DNA of 14,450 nt from an uncultured Deferribacteres bacterium (GTDB lineage: Bacteria > Zhuqueibacterota > Zhuqueibacteria > Zhuqueibacterales > Geothermadaptataceae), in NCBI GenBank assembly GCA_964014485.1, contig CAXHAT010000200.1:1-14450 (forward strand), in the 5' to 3' direction. The notes below the pieces were generated by a model. The model searched no databases. It worked only from the letters and a program-made list of their open reading frames with translations, and was not told where the DNA came from. Each line of letters begins with the position of its first letter. Within the stretch, counting starts at the first letter, position 1. The position numbers and the translations under genes were made by a program. Positions 1-8,101 of this stretch are shown here, one piece after another.

Positions 1-1
1 C

Positions 2-1042
2 TTTACAACCAAGAACTTTGGCGTTTCGCTTGGCGCAAGCTGGGAGCTCGACCTTTGGGGACGCATCCGATCCGGCAAGTCTGCTGCAATTGCCGGGGTT
101 CAGGCCTCCAGAGCCGATCTTCGCGGGGCCAAGCTTTCGCTAACCGGACAAGCGTCAAAAGCATGGTTCGCGACGATTGAAGCGCAAAAACAGCTTGAAC
201 TGGCGCGAGCGACGCATGAAAGTTTTCGCGCTTCCGGGGAGCAAGTTCGCGAAAGGTACCAGCGCGGATTGCGGAGTTCTCTCGATTTACGGCTCGCCCT
301 GACCAATACAAGCTCCGCTGAAGCCGTCGTTTACCAAAGAGAAGCCTTGCTGGACGCGATTTCCAGACAACTGGAAATTATTCTCGGACGATACCCGTCG
401 GCTTCGCTTGATCTTGGATCGGAGTTGCCTGTCTTGACGGATCATGTCCCGGCGGGGCTGCCGGACGAGCTTGTTGCACGCCGCCCGGATTTGGTTGCCG
501 CGGAGCGAAGGCTGGCGGGAACTTACGCCAGCGTTTCCCAAGCAAAAAAAGCTTTGCTGCCAGGGATTGCGCTGACCGCTTCCGGCGGTACGTCAAGCTC
601 TGCTTTATCTGATTTGTTGAACGGCGACTTTAGCGTGTGGAGCATCGTCGGCAGTGTTTTGCAGCCCATTTTTCAAGGCGGCCGATTGCGCGCAAACGTA
701 AAATTGGCAAAATCGGTGCGTGAGCAGGCTACGGCTTTTTACGGCCTGTCCGTCCTGAACGCTTTTGGCGAAGTCGAAAACGCGTTGGCCAATGAAAAAT
801 TTCTAAGCGACCGCGAGAACGCTTTGACGGAAGCGACGAATCAGGCGATTGCCGCACGCGATCTCGCACAAGAACAATACAACAGCGGCCTCATCGATTA
901 TATTACTCTACTCGAGGCGCAGCGTCGCGCTTTCACCAGTGAAAGCCAATTAATTACAGTTCGCAGGGAGCGGCTGGATGCGCGCGTCGATTTATTTCTC
1001 GCCCTTGGCGGCGGTTTTACAGAAACAAACACGGGAACTTGA
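2..1042 (+). CDS. Efflux outer-membrane factor (TolC superfamily, NodT/OprM-type), 5'-partial
   Basis: The frame is open from base 2 (FTTKNFGVSLGASWELDLWGRIRSG...), so the ORF-track start at 269 is internal. It carries the NodT/OprM motifs WELDLWGR, LPDELVARRPDLVAAERRL, QPIFQGGRLRA and LFLALGGG, and lies directly upstream of the MFP and RND genes. Confidence 0.93.
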   Translation, partial: FTTKNFGVSLGASWELDLWGRIRSGKSAAIAGVQASRADLRGAKLSLTGQASKAWFATIEAQKQLELARATHESFRASGEQVRERYQRGLRSSLDLRLALTNTSSAEAVVYQREALLDAISRQLEIILGRYPSASLDLGSELPVLTDHVPAGLPDELVARRPDLVAAERRLAGTYASVSQAKKALLPGIALTASGGTSSSALSDLLNGDFSVWSIVGSVLQPIFQGGRLRANVKLAKSVREQATAFYGLSVLNAFGEVENALANEKFLSDRENALTEATNQAIAARDLAQEQYNSGLIDYITLLEAQRRAFTSESQLITVRRERLDARVDLFLALGGGFTETNTGT

Positions 1043-1057
1043 TAGCAGGAGCGGAAA

Positions 1058-2224
1058 ATGAGAAAACCTCTGAGAGCGCTTTTACCAATACTCATCATTA
1101 TGGGCGGGTTTGCCGTACTCGCCGTGCTGGTCGTCAGCAAGCCGAGCGTAAAAACGGCGGCTCCACAGTCGGCGCGCCCGTTGGTTCGGGTGATGACGGT
1201 GGCAAAACAAGACCTTCCGGCGACGGTCAAGTCGCAGGGCGCAGTTGTTCCGCGTACGGAAAGCACGCTCGTGTCGCAGGTTGCGGGGCGCGTCGTTTCC
1301 GTGTCTTCGGCTTTTGCCGCCGGCGGTTTTTTTGAAAAAGGCGACGTCTTGATGCGAATTGATGATCGCGACTACGCGTTGGCGGTCACGGGCGCGCAAG
1401 CGCAGGTGGCTCAGGCCGAATTGCGCCTGAAACTTCAAGAAGAAGAAGCGGAAGTCGCCGTCAAGGAATGGGGACGAATTGGGCAGGGCGAACCTTCCGA
1501 TCTCGTTATGAAAAAACCGCAAATCGCCGAAGCGCGCGCCGGTTTGGAAGCGTCAAAGGCGAATCTCGAAATGGCGAAACTCAATCTCGAAAGAACGAAG
1601 ATTCGCGCGCCGTATGCCGGGCGCGTTCGCAACAAGCAGGCTGACGTTGGGCAATTCGTTAATCCCGGTTCGCCGGTCGCAATGATCTACGCCGTCGACT
1701 ATGCCGAAGTGCGGCTGCCTTTGCCGGATGAGCAGCTCGCCTTCCTCGAAATACCGCTCGACTTTCGCGGCGCAAAATCACACAAGCGCGGCCCGGCGGT
1801 GACGTTGAAAGCGAATTTTGCCGGAAAAGAACATGCCTGGCAAGGCTACATCGCTCGCCTTGAAGGAGAAGTTGATCAACGGACGCGCATGGTTTACGCC
1901 GTTGCGCGCGTAGAAAATCCATACGGCGCGTCAGATGATTCCATGCGTCCGCCTTTGGCTGTGGGCATGTTTGTTCATGCTGAAATTCAAGGCAAGATAG
2001 CTGAAGACGTCGTGTTGGCGCCCCGCGCCGCTATCCGTAATGGAGGTCAACTCCTGGTCGTCGATTCAGAAGACCGACTGCATTTTCGCGAGGTGGAAAT
2101 TTTACGATTTGAAGACGCGAACGCTGTGATACAGAGCGGTCTTGAAGCCGGAGAGCGGATCTGTCTTTCGACGCTGACTGCGGTTGTTGAAGGCATGCCT
2201 GTCAGGATTAGTGATGAGAATTGA
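1058..2224 (+). CDS. RND efflux periplasmic adaptor (membrane fusion protein)
   Basis: N-terminal hydrophobic anchor; lipoyl-like halves (VAGRVVSV...FEKGDVLMRID; TKIRAPYAGRV...VGQFV) around an alpha-helical hairpin; GMFVHAEI; GLEAGERI. SD AGGAG lies upstream. Confidence 0.95.
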   Translation: MRKPLRALLPILIIMGGFAVLAVLVVSKPSVKTAAPQSARPLVRVMTVAKQDLPATVKSQGAVVPRTESTLVSQVAGRVVSVSSAFAAGGFFEKGDVLMRIDDRDYALAVTGAQAQVAQAELRLKLQEEEAEVAVKEWGRIGQGEPSDLVMKKPQIAEARAGLEASKANLEMAKLNLERTKIRAPYAGRVRNKQADVGQFVNPGSPVAMIYAVDYAEVRLPLPDEQLAFLEIPLDFRGAKSHKRGPAVTLKANFAGKEHAWQGYIARLEGEVDQRTRMVYAVARVENPYGASDDSMRPPLAVGMFVHAEIQGKIAEDVVLAPRAAIRNGGQLLVVDSEDRLHFREVEILRFEDANAVIQSGLEAGERICLSTLTAVVEGMPVRISDEN

Positions 2225-2352
2225 GTGCGTAATTTATACGCGTTTACGCTCAAAAATATAGAAAACCGGAGTGCGCCGCTTTGGCTATTGCCGCCGAAGT
2301 TACAATGTGTTGATTGAACTTGTGCGCTATCGGTTCTTAAAGGAGAAAATAT

Positions 2353-5300
2353 ATGAACCGCGCTATAGAATGGTTTGCCAAAAACAGCGTCGCCGCAAAC
2401 TTGTTGATGATGATGGTTCTCGCGGCCGGGCTGTTTTCTGCCTTTCAAATGAAGCAGGAAGTGTTTCCTGAATTTTCGCTAGATATTATTTCCGTTTCCG
2501 TGCCATACCTGGGAGCGGCGCCGGAAGAAGTGGAAGAAGGCGTTTGCGTCAAAATCGAAGAAGCGCTGCAAGGTGTGGACGGGATCAAAAAAGTCACCTC
2601 CAGCGCTTCCGAGGGAGCGGGGAGCGTGATTGTGGAGGTGCTGGCCGGTTATGACGCTCGCAAACTTTTGGATGACGTCAAAGCGCGCGTGGACGCGATT
2701 GACACCTTCCCCGAGCAAACGGAAAAACCCGTCGTGCAGGAATTGCTTCTTCGAAATCAGGTGATCAACATCGCCGTGTCCGGGCAGACGGACGAACGCA
2801 CATTGAAGAATATTGCGGAGCAAGTGCGCGACGATATTCTCGATCTTCCCGGCATTAGCCAGGCTGAAATCGCGGCAGCCCGGCCGTTTGAAATTTCCAT
2901 CGAGGTTTCCGAACACACGCTGCGGCAATACAATTTGACTTTTGACGAAGTCGTGCTGGCCGTACGACGCTCTTCGCTGGATTTGCCGGGCGGCGCTATT
3001 AAGGCCGCCAATGGTGAAATTCTGCTGCGCACGAAAGGCCAGGCCTATCGCGGCGGAGAATTCGAAAATATTATCCTGCGTTCGCTGCCGGACGGGACGC
3101 GGCTTTTGCTGGGCGACGTCGCAAATATCGTTGACGGTTTTGCCGAGACGGATATGTCGGCGCGCTTCAATGACGAACCGGCCGTCATCGTTCAGGTTTT
3201 TCGCGTTGGGGAAGAAAATGCGCGCGACGTGGCCAAAGCCGTCAAAGGTTACCTGGTTGGAGCGCATATGAAGGTGCCTGAAGGGATCAAGCTCACCACC
3301 TGGCAGGACGATACGCGAATTCTGGACAGCCGCTTGAGTTTAATGGTGCGCAACGGAATGCAGGGTCTCGTGCTGGTTTTTTTCTCACTCGCCTTGTTTC
3401 TCCGTTTCCGTTTGGCGATGTGGGTTGGCGTGGGTTTGGTCGTTTCCTTTCTCGGCGCTTTCTGGATGATGCCCTATTTTGGCGTTTCAATCAACTTAAT
3501 GTCGCTCTTCGCTTTCGTCGTTGTGCTCGGGATCGTCGTCGATGACGCCATCGTCGTAGGCGAAAACATTTACACGCACATCGAGTCGGGAAAAAGAGGC
3601 GTTCTGGCTTCCGTTGACGGCGCAAAACAAGTCGGGATTCCCGTAACGTTTGCGGTGCTCACCACCGTCGCCGCGTTTTCGCCGCTCCTTGCCGTGCCCG
3701 GAATTATGGGCAAGTTTCTGCGCGTTGTGCCGATCATCGTCGTCTCCACGCTGATTTTTTCATTGCTGGAATCGCTGCTGGTTTTGCCTTCTCATCTGCG
3801 CCACGTTAATCCAAAACCGTCGAAAGAAAATGACAACGGTCAGGGATTTTCCGACAAATGGCGGCGGTTCCAGGGCAAATTTGCTGAAAGCTTGAGAAAG
3901 TTCGCCAATACGCGCTACCGCAGCTTTTTGGGCAAGGCGCTCAGAAACCGCTACACCTCGCTGGCGACCGGGATCGCGGTGTTTTTTGTAACCGTCGGGC
4001 TGGTTGCTGGCGGGTGGGTCAATTTTGTTTTTCTGCCGAACATCGAATCGGACAACGTCGTCGCCATTTTGACCATGCCGCAGGGCGCCTCGGTGGAATC
4101 GACGACGCGCGCGGCGCGATTGATCGAGCAAAGCGCCGTGCAATTAATTGACGAGTTTAAGGAAGAAGGCGACAATCCGATTGAGCATATGCTCGTCACC
4201 GTCGGTGATCAACCTTTCAGGCAACGCCAAAATCAACGACCTGGAGGCGTACTCGCGACATTTAATCAGCCGAATCTGGCCGAAATCAACCTCCAGCTTT
4301 TCCCCTCCGAAGAACGCACTGTTACGAGTAACGAGATTGCGCGACGATGGCGCGAACTAACGCCGGCGATTCCCGACGTTGAAGAGCTTTCTTTCACCGC
4401 GTCGCTTTTTTCAGCCGGTGAAGCGATCAATATTCAATTGAACGGCGCCAACTACCAGCAATTGCTTGTGGCCTCGGAAGAATTGAAAGCCAAGCTCGCC
4501 GAATACGCGGGCGTATTCGACATCAGCGATTCTTTTTTGGAAGGCAAGGAAGAAATCAAACTAAAAGTCAAGCCGGAGGCGGAATCTTTTGGCGTGACGC
4601 TGGCGGATTTGGCGCGGCAAGTACGGCAAGCCTTTTACGGCGAAGAAGCGCAGCGCATCCAGCGCGGCAGGGATGATATTCGCGTCATGATCCGCTATCC
4701 CGAGAGTGAACGGCGCACAGTGGGCGATTTGGAAGACATGCGCATTCGCGTCGCTTCGGGCGGCGAAGTGCCGTTTTCCGTCGCGGCGGACGTTGAAATC
4801 GGGCGCGGTTATTCTTCAATTTCACGCACGGATCGGAAGCGGACGGTGAGCGTGACGGCGGACGTTGACGAGAGCGAAGGCAACGCCAACCAGATTATCG
4901 CCGACGTTGTGGCGAATTACCTGCCGGGACTGCTTGATAAATATCCGACGGTCAACTTTTCGATGGAAGGCGAGCAGAAGGAGCAGGCGGAGGCGTTGGG
5001 CGGATTGCAAAACGGTTTTTACTTTGCGCTCCTGCTCATCTACATTTTGTTGGCCATTCCGTTTCGCTCGTATTCTCAACCGTTTATCGTGATGAGCGCC
5101 ATTCCTTTCGGGCTGGTCGGGGCGATTTTGGGACACATCATTCTCGGCTTGGACGTGAGCTTCATGTCGCTTTTCGGCATTGTTGCGCTGACGGGGGTGG
5201 TGGTGAACGACAGCCTCGTGATGGTCGATTTTGTCAACAAAGCGCGGCGCTCCAGCCTGAGCCTGCCGGAAGCCATTCGGGAGGCCGGCGTCGCACGTTT

Positions 5301-5586
5301 TCGCCCGATTATTCTGACTTCGTTGACGACGTTTTTGGGCCTGACGCCGCTCTTGCTTGAAAAAAGCGTGCAGGCGCAATTCCTGATCCCGATGGCCGTT
5401 TCGCTGGCGTTCGGCGTGCTGTTCGCGACCTTGATTACGCTCATTCTCGTGCCGGTGATCTACTACATTCTCGAAGACGCCAAAGCCGGGGTGCACAAAT
5501 TGTTGCCAGCAAAACTGAAAGCAAGAAATGCGCTTCTGGACTCAGGCGAATCCCAAGCCGCCCTCCCCGAACAAAGCGCCGCGTGA
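2353..5586 (+). CDS. RND efflux permease, AcrB/AcrD/AcrF family
   Basis: 1077 aa with two large periplasmic loops; TM4 GIVVDDAIVVGENI and TM11 RFRPIILTSLTT; SD AAGGAG at 2340-2345. Confidence 0.96.
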   Translation: MNRAIEWFAKNSVAANLLMMMVLAAGLFSAFQMKQEVFPEFSLDIISVSVPYLGAAPEEVEEGVCVKIEEALQGVDGIKKVTSSASEGAGSVIVEVLAGYDARKLLDDVKARVDAIDTFPEQTEKPVVQELLLRNQVINIAVSGQTDERTLKNIAEQVRDDILDLPGISQAEIAAARPFEISIEVSEHTLRQYNLTFDEVVLAVRRSSLDLPGGAIKAANGEILLRTKGQAYRGGEFENIILRSLPDGTRLLLGDVANIVDGFAETDMSARFNDEPAVIVQVFRVGEENARDVAKAVKGYLVGAHMKVPEGIKLTTWQDDTRILDSRLSLMVRNGMQGLVLVFFSLALFLRFRLAMWVGVGLVVSFLGAFWMMPYFGVSINLMSLFAFVVVLGIVVDDAIVVGENIYTHIESGKRGVLASVDGAKQVGIPVTFAVLTTVAAFSPLLAVPGIMGKFLRVVPIIVVSTLIFSLLESLLVLPSHLRHVNPKPSKENDNGQGFSDKWRRFQGKFAESLRKFANTRYRSFLGKALRNRYTSLATGIAVFFVTVGLVAGGWVNFVFLPNIESDNVVAILTMPQGASVESTTRAARLIEQSAVQLIDEFKEEGDNPIEHMLVTVGDQPFRQRQNQRPGGVLATFNQPNLAEINLQLFPSEERTVTSNEIARRWRELTPAIPDVEELSFTASLFSAGEAINIQLNGANYQQLLVASEELKAKLAEYAGVFDISDSFLEGKEEIKLKVKPEAESFGVTLADLARQVRQAFYGEEAQRIQRGRDDIRVMIRYPESERRTVGDLEDMRIRVASGGEVPFSVAADVEIGRGYSSISRTDRKRTVSVTADVDESEGNANQIIADVVANYLPGLLDKYPTVNFSMEGEQKEQAEALGGLQNGFYFALLLIYILLAIPFRSYSQPFIVMSAIPFGLVGAILGHIILGLDVSFMSLFGIVALTGVVVNDSLVMVDFVNKARRSSLSLPEAIREAGVARFRPIILTSLTTFLGLTPLLLEKSVQAQFLIPMAVSLAFGVLFATLITLILVPVIYYILEDAKAGVHKLLPAKLKARNALLDSGESQAALPEQSAA

Positions 5587-5593
5587 CGTCAAT

Positions 5594-5645
5594 GCAGGAG
5601 CGAGACCAAGCTTTCGAGGTTTTTGAAATCTGGTCTCGCTCCGAC
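5594..5645. repeat. GTAG-like palindromic repeat / hairpin downstream of the RND gene (possible terminator)
   Basis: Perfect 12-bp inverted repeat GGAGCGAGACCA (5597-5608) / TGGTCTCGCTCC (5631-5642). The outer tetramers read GCAG (left) and GTCG (right, reverse strand), each one mismatch from GTAG. It lies between convergent genes. Confidence 0.6.
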
Positions 5646-5717
5646 CTCATACCCGTGCAGGCGGGAATCTAGGTGCGTGGCACGTTTTTCTGGATACCCG
5701 CCTGCGCGGGTATGACG
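5645..5717. repeat. CGTC-type REP doublet (inverted pair of ATTCCC-N8-GGGAAT-like units), slightly degenerate
   Basis: TCATACCCGTGCAGGCGGGAATCTAG (5647-5672) ... CTGGATACCCGCCTGCGCGGGTATGACG (5690-5717); near-identical to 12834-12904. Confidence 0.85.
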
Positions 5718-5767
5718 TTGTGAGCGAGTTTTTGTTGGTCTCTAATTGACGACGTTTTTATGATGCT

Positions 5768-7006
5768 TCATGCGTTAAGCACGGCCAGGACGGTTAACAG
5801 CGTGAAGCCGCCGGTCAGGGGGAAGAAGTAGAGAAAAAGCGCGGAATTGAGCTTGATCACGCTCATGATGCGCGACTGCCGGTAGACGTTGCGCACGGAA
5901 AAATAGAGATGGAACCAGATGCCGAACACGGAAAACGTAATGACATACCACACGGGAAAAAGAATGGCCAGCAGAAGATACAGAAAAATGATCGTGTGTG
6001 CATGCAGCGAAAAAATCAGATGGTTGATGTAGTACACGCCTTGCCGGATATACAGCAGCTTCATAATTAACGCGAAAAGCGGCATCACCACGAACAGCAC
6101 TTTGGGAATTTGATTGACCATTTCCCGCCAAAAGCGATCCTCGCCTTCCTCGCCTCGCCCCATCAGCCGCTCGCCTCTGAGCGCAAAATCCTTCAGCCAG
6201 CCGTCTTCCATCGAATCGGCGGGCGTGTTGAACAAGCGGAAAGAACCTGCTCTTTTCACATTCACCGCTTCTTCTGTAATCGTTGTTTTCCTTATGCGCA
6301 GTGCGCCGTTAAAATCTGCGATGATCTGTGACGCGGAATCGACTTTTGCGAACGCCGGGTATTTCTGCAAGTGTTCCGTCAATCTTTTCAAATCGTCCCG
6401 GCGGTTCTTGCGCGAGCCCTTCTCTGTAAAACGGAAATTGAGAAACAAGTCGTTGGTCATTTCTTCCAGCGCAAGCGGCGCCGGCTGGCTATGCTTGCGA
6501 ATAATCGATTTCACCGAATCACGAAAACTGTATTCCGCCAAGCCTTCTCTTTCGATGAGCCGGTAGCGTCGGTCAAAGTCGAGCGTCATCAGCAGCTTGG
6601 TTTCTTCCGTAGCCAGATCGCCGTAATCGTCGAACAGCGCTTTGATTTCCGAGCGCTCGACGATGCGCGCTTCTTCTTCCTTTTTGTTGAGTTGGTTGTT
6701 GAGCGAGATGATAAAAAAGAACAGCACGGTGGTAAAAAGATAGAGACGCAGCGGCAAAATAAAGCTGGTGCGCTTGCCGGAATTGTACTGGTTGGTCAGA
6801 AATCCAGGGCGGCGCAGCAGCGGGATGAAGCTTTTGAAAAACTTTGAGTCAAAAGTGAAATAGTCGCCCATGAAATCATGAACGAAGTACTTTAGCGGGA
6901 CTTGCTTGTTGGTGTTGATCTGTCCGCATTCGTGGCAGAAATTGTTGTTGTTGATTTCCGTGTGGCAGTTCAGGCACTCCGGCGCCTTGCGCAGCGTTTT
7001 CGGCAT
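5768..7006 (-). CDS. DUF3667 domain membrane protein with N-terminal zinc ribbon
   Basis: CLNC-x9-CHECGQ, followed by FDSKFFKSFIPLLRRPGFLTNQYNSGKR...PLRLYLF, which is typical of DUF3667; C-terminal multi-TM region with YYINHLIFSLHAH. Confidence 0.85.
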   Translation of the reverse strand: MPKTLRKAPECLNCHTEINNNNFCHECGQINTNKQVPLKYFVHDFMGDYFTFDSKFFKSFIPLLRRPGFLTNQYNSGKRTSFILPLRLYLFTTVLFFFIISLNNQLNKKEEEARIVERSEIKALFDDYGDLATEETKLLMTLDFDRRYRLIEREGLAEYSFRDSVKSIIRKHSQPAPLALEEMTNDLFLNFRFTEKGSRKNRRDDLKRLTEHLQKYPAFAKVDSASQIIADFNGALRIRKTTITEEAVNVKRAGSFRLFNTPADSMEDGWLKDFALRGERLMGRGEEGEDRFWREMVNQIPKVLFVVMPLFALIMKLLYIRQGVYYINHLIFSLHAHTIIFLYLLLAILFPVWYVITFSVFGIWFHLYFSVRNVYRQSRIMSVIKLNSALFLYFFPLTGGFTLLTVLAVLNA

Positions 7007-7048
7007 TGTTTATCCGCACTCTGTTTCTTTTTTGCCGGGATTTAAAAG

Positions 7049-7169
7049 CTGATGTTACGGGCCAACTATGAAGCTAAAGAGACTCTTGGCAAAGTCATTC
7101 CCCGCAGGCGGGAATGACGTAAAAACGACGTTTCTCTGGTGCTGTTCGGGAAATTTTCAAGACATCCAG
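7049..7169 (-). mobile_element. Degenerate inverted copy of MITE family A with a collapsed internal REP hairpin
   Basis: Starts CTGATGTTACGG (11/12 match to the TIR at 12776), then a 33-nt spacer, then GTCATTCCCCGCAGGCGGGAATGAC (7094-7118). 7116-7157 matches the reverse complement of 12795-12836 at 36/42. The far end is degenerate (ACATCCAG). Confidence 0.75.
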
Positions 7170-7194
7170 TTACTGGACGAAGAAATGAGAAACC

Positions 7195-7221
7195 AATCCA
7201 GTCGATCCAGTAAATCCCGTC
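7195..7221. repeat. Three imperfect 9-bp tandem units
   Basis: AATCCAGTC GATCCAGTA AATCCCGTC, followed by an A-run. Confidence 0.5.
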
Positions 7222-7288
7222 AAAAATTATCATCACAAATTTGGGGCGAATAAAATGAACTGTTTTGTAGAATTCAAACAAAACGGGA

Positions 7289-8101
7289 TTAGCAGTCGCA
7301 GAATTCTTCTTGCAAATATTTTTTCGTCTGCTCGTGGGTGGGATTTTGGAAGAGCTGCGTTTTAGAACCTTGCTCGATGATTTTACCGTCGCAGATGAAA
7401 ATCAATTTGTCGGCGATGCGGCGGGCTTGCTGAATGTTGTGCGTGACCAGGATGATGGTGTAGTTTCCTTTCAACGAAGTCATCAAATCTTCGATGCTGC
7501 GCGAAGAGACGGGGTCGAGGGAAGATGTTGGTTCGTCCAGCAAAAGAATGCGGGGATTGACGGCCAGAGATCGTGCAATGCAAAGACGTTGCTGCTGTCC
7601 TAAAGACAGCGAGCTTGCCTGCGCGTCCAGACGATGCTCGACTTCTTTCCAGAGGGAGACGGCTTTTAAATTCGTTTCGACAATGTCCGCCTTTTCGGTT
7701 TTTGAAAGCTTGCGCTGATGACTGACGCCGAAAAGCACGTTTTCCGCGATGGATTTGGGAAAAACGCACGGCTTTTGAAAAACCATCCCGACCTCGGTGC
7801 GCAAGCGAATCACGTCCTCGTCCTTTGCGAGCACATCCCGCCCGTCGATCAAGATGCGCCCTTTGTTCGCCAGGCCGTCCGTGTCGTCGTTCATACGATT
7901 GATGCTGCGCAAAAGCGTGGACTTGCCGCCGCCCGACGGCCCGATGATGCCGTTGATGCGGTTTGCCTCTAACTTCGCGTTGACGTCGCGCAGAATGTGC
8001 GCTTGGCCGATCCAGGTATGAAATCCGGCCATTTCGACCGCCGTTTTCGCGAGCGGCGCATCTGACGGATCGACGATTCTGAGATGGGATGAAGCGTTCA
8101 T
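7289..8101 (-). CDS. pstB: Phosphate-type ABC transporter ATP-binding subunit (PstB-like, divergent)
   Basis: Walker A GPSGGGKST, LLRSINRMND, VGMVFQKP, signature LSLGQQQRLCIAR, Walker B ILLLDEPTSSLDP, YTIILVTHNIQQARR; ATGA overlap with the pstA stop. Confidence 0.88.
   Translation of the reverse strand: MNASSHLRIVDPSDAPLAKTAVEMAGFHTWIGQAHILRDVNAKLEANRINGIIGPSGGGKSTLLRSINRMNDDTDGLANKGRILIDGRDVLAKDEDVIRLRTEVGMVFQKPCVFPKSIAENVLFGVSHQRKLSKTEKADIVETNLKAVSLWKEVEHRLDAQASSLSLGQQQRLCIARSLAVNPRILLLDEPTSSLDPVSSRSIEDLMTSLKGNYTIILVTHNIQQARRIADKLIFICDGKIIEQGSKTQLFQNPTHEQTKKYLQEEFCDC

Noticed and set aside
269..1042. ORF-track start of the outer-membrane factor at 269
   Set aside because: The frame is open and homologous (WELDLWGR) back to base 2, so the gene starts outside the window.
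2281..2306. Possible internal promoter TTGGCT...TACAAT before the RND permease
   Set aside because: The spacer is only 14 nt and there is no good -35 at 17 nt.
5179..5235. TM10 of the RND permease reads VVNDSLV rather than AcrB-like AKNAIL (no Lys)
   Set aside because: To my knowledge this variant is common in this RND subfamily, so it is not evidence of inactivation or novelty.
2479..5496. Long antisense ORFs (262 aa at 2479-3267, 224 aa at 4822-5496) and similar shadows over the pst, desaturase and sdh genes
   Set aside because: They lie opposite or within well-supported genes, have no recognisable motifs, and are expected from codon bias.
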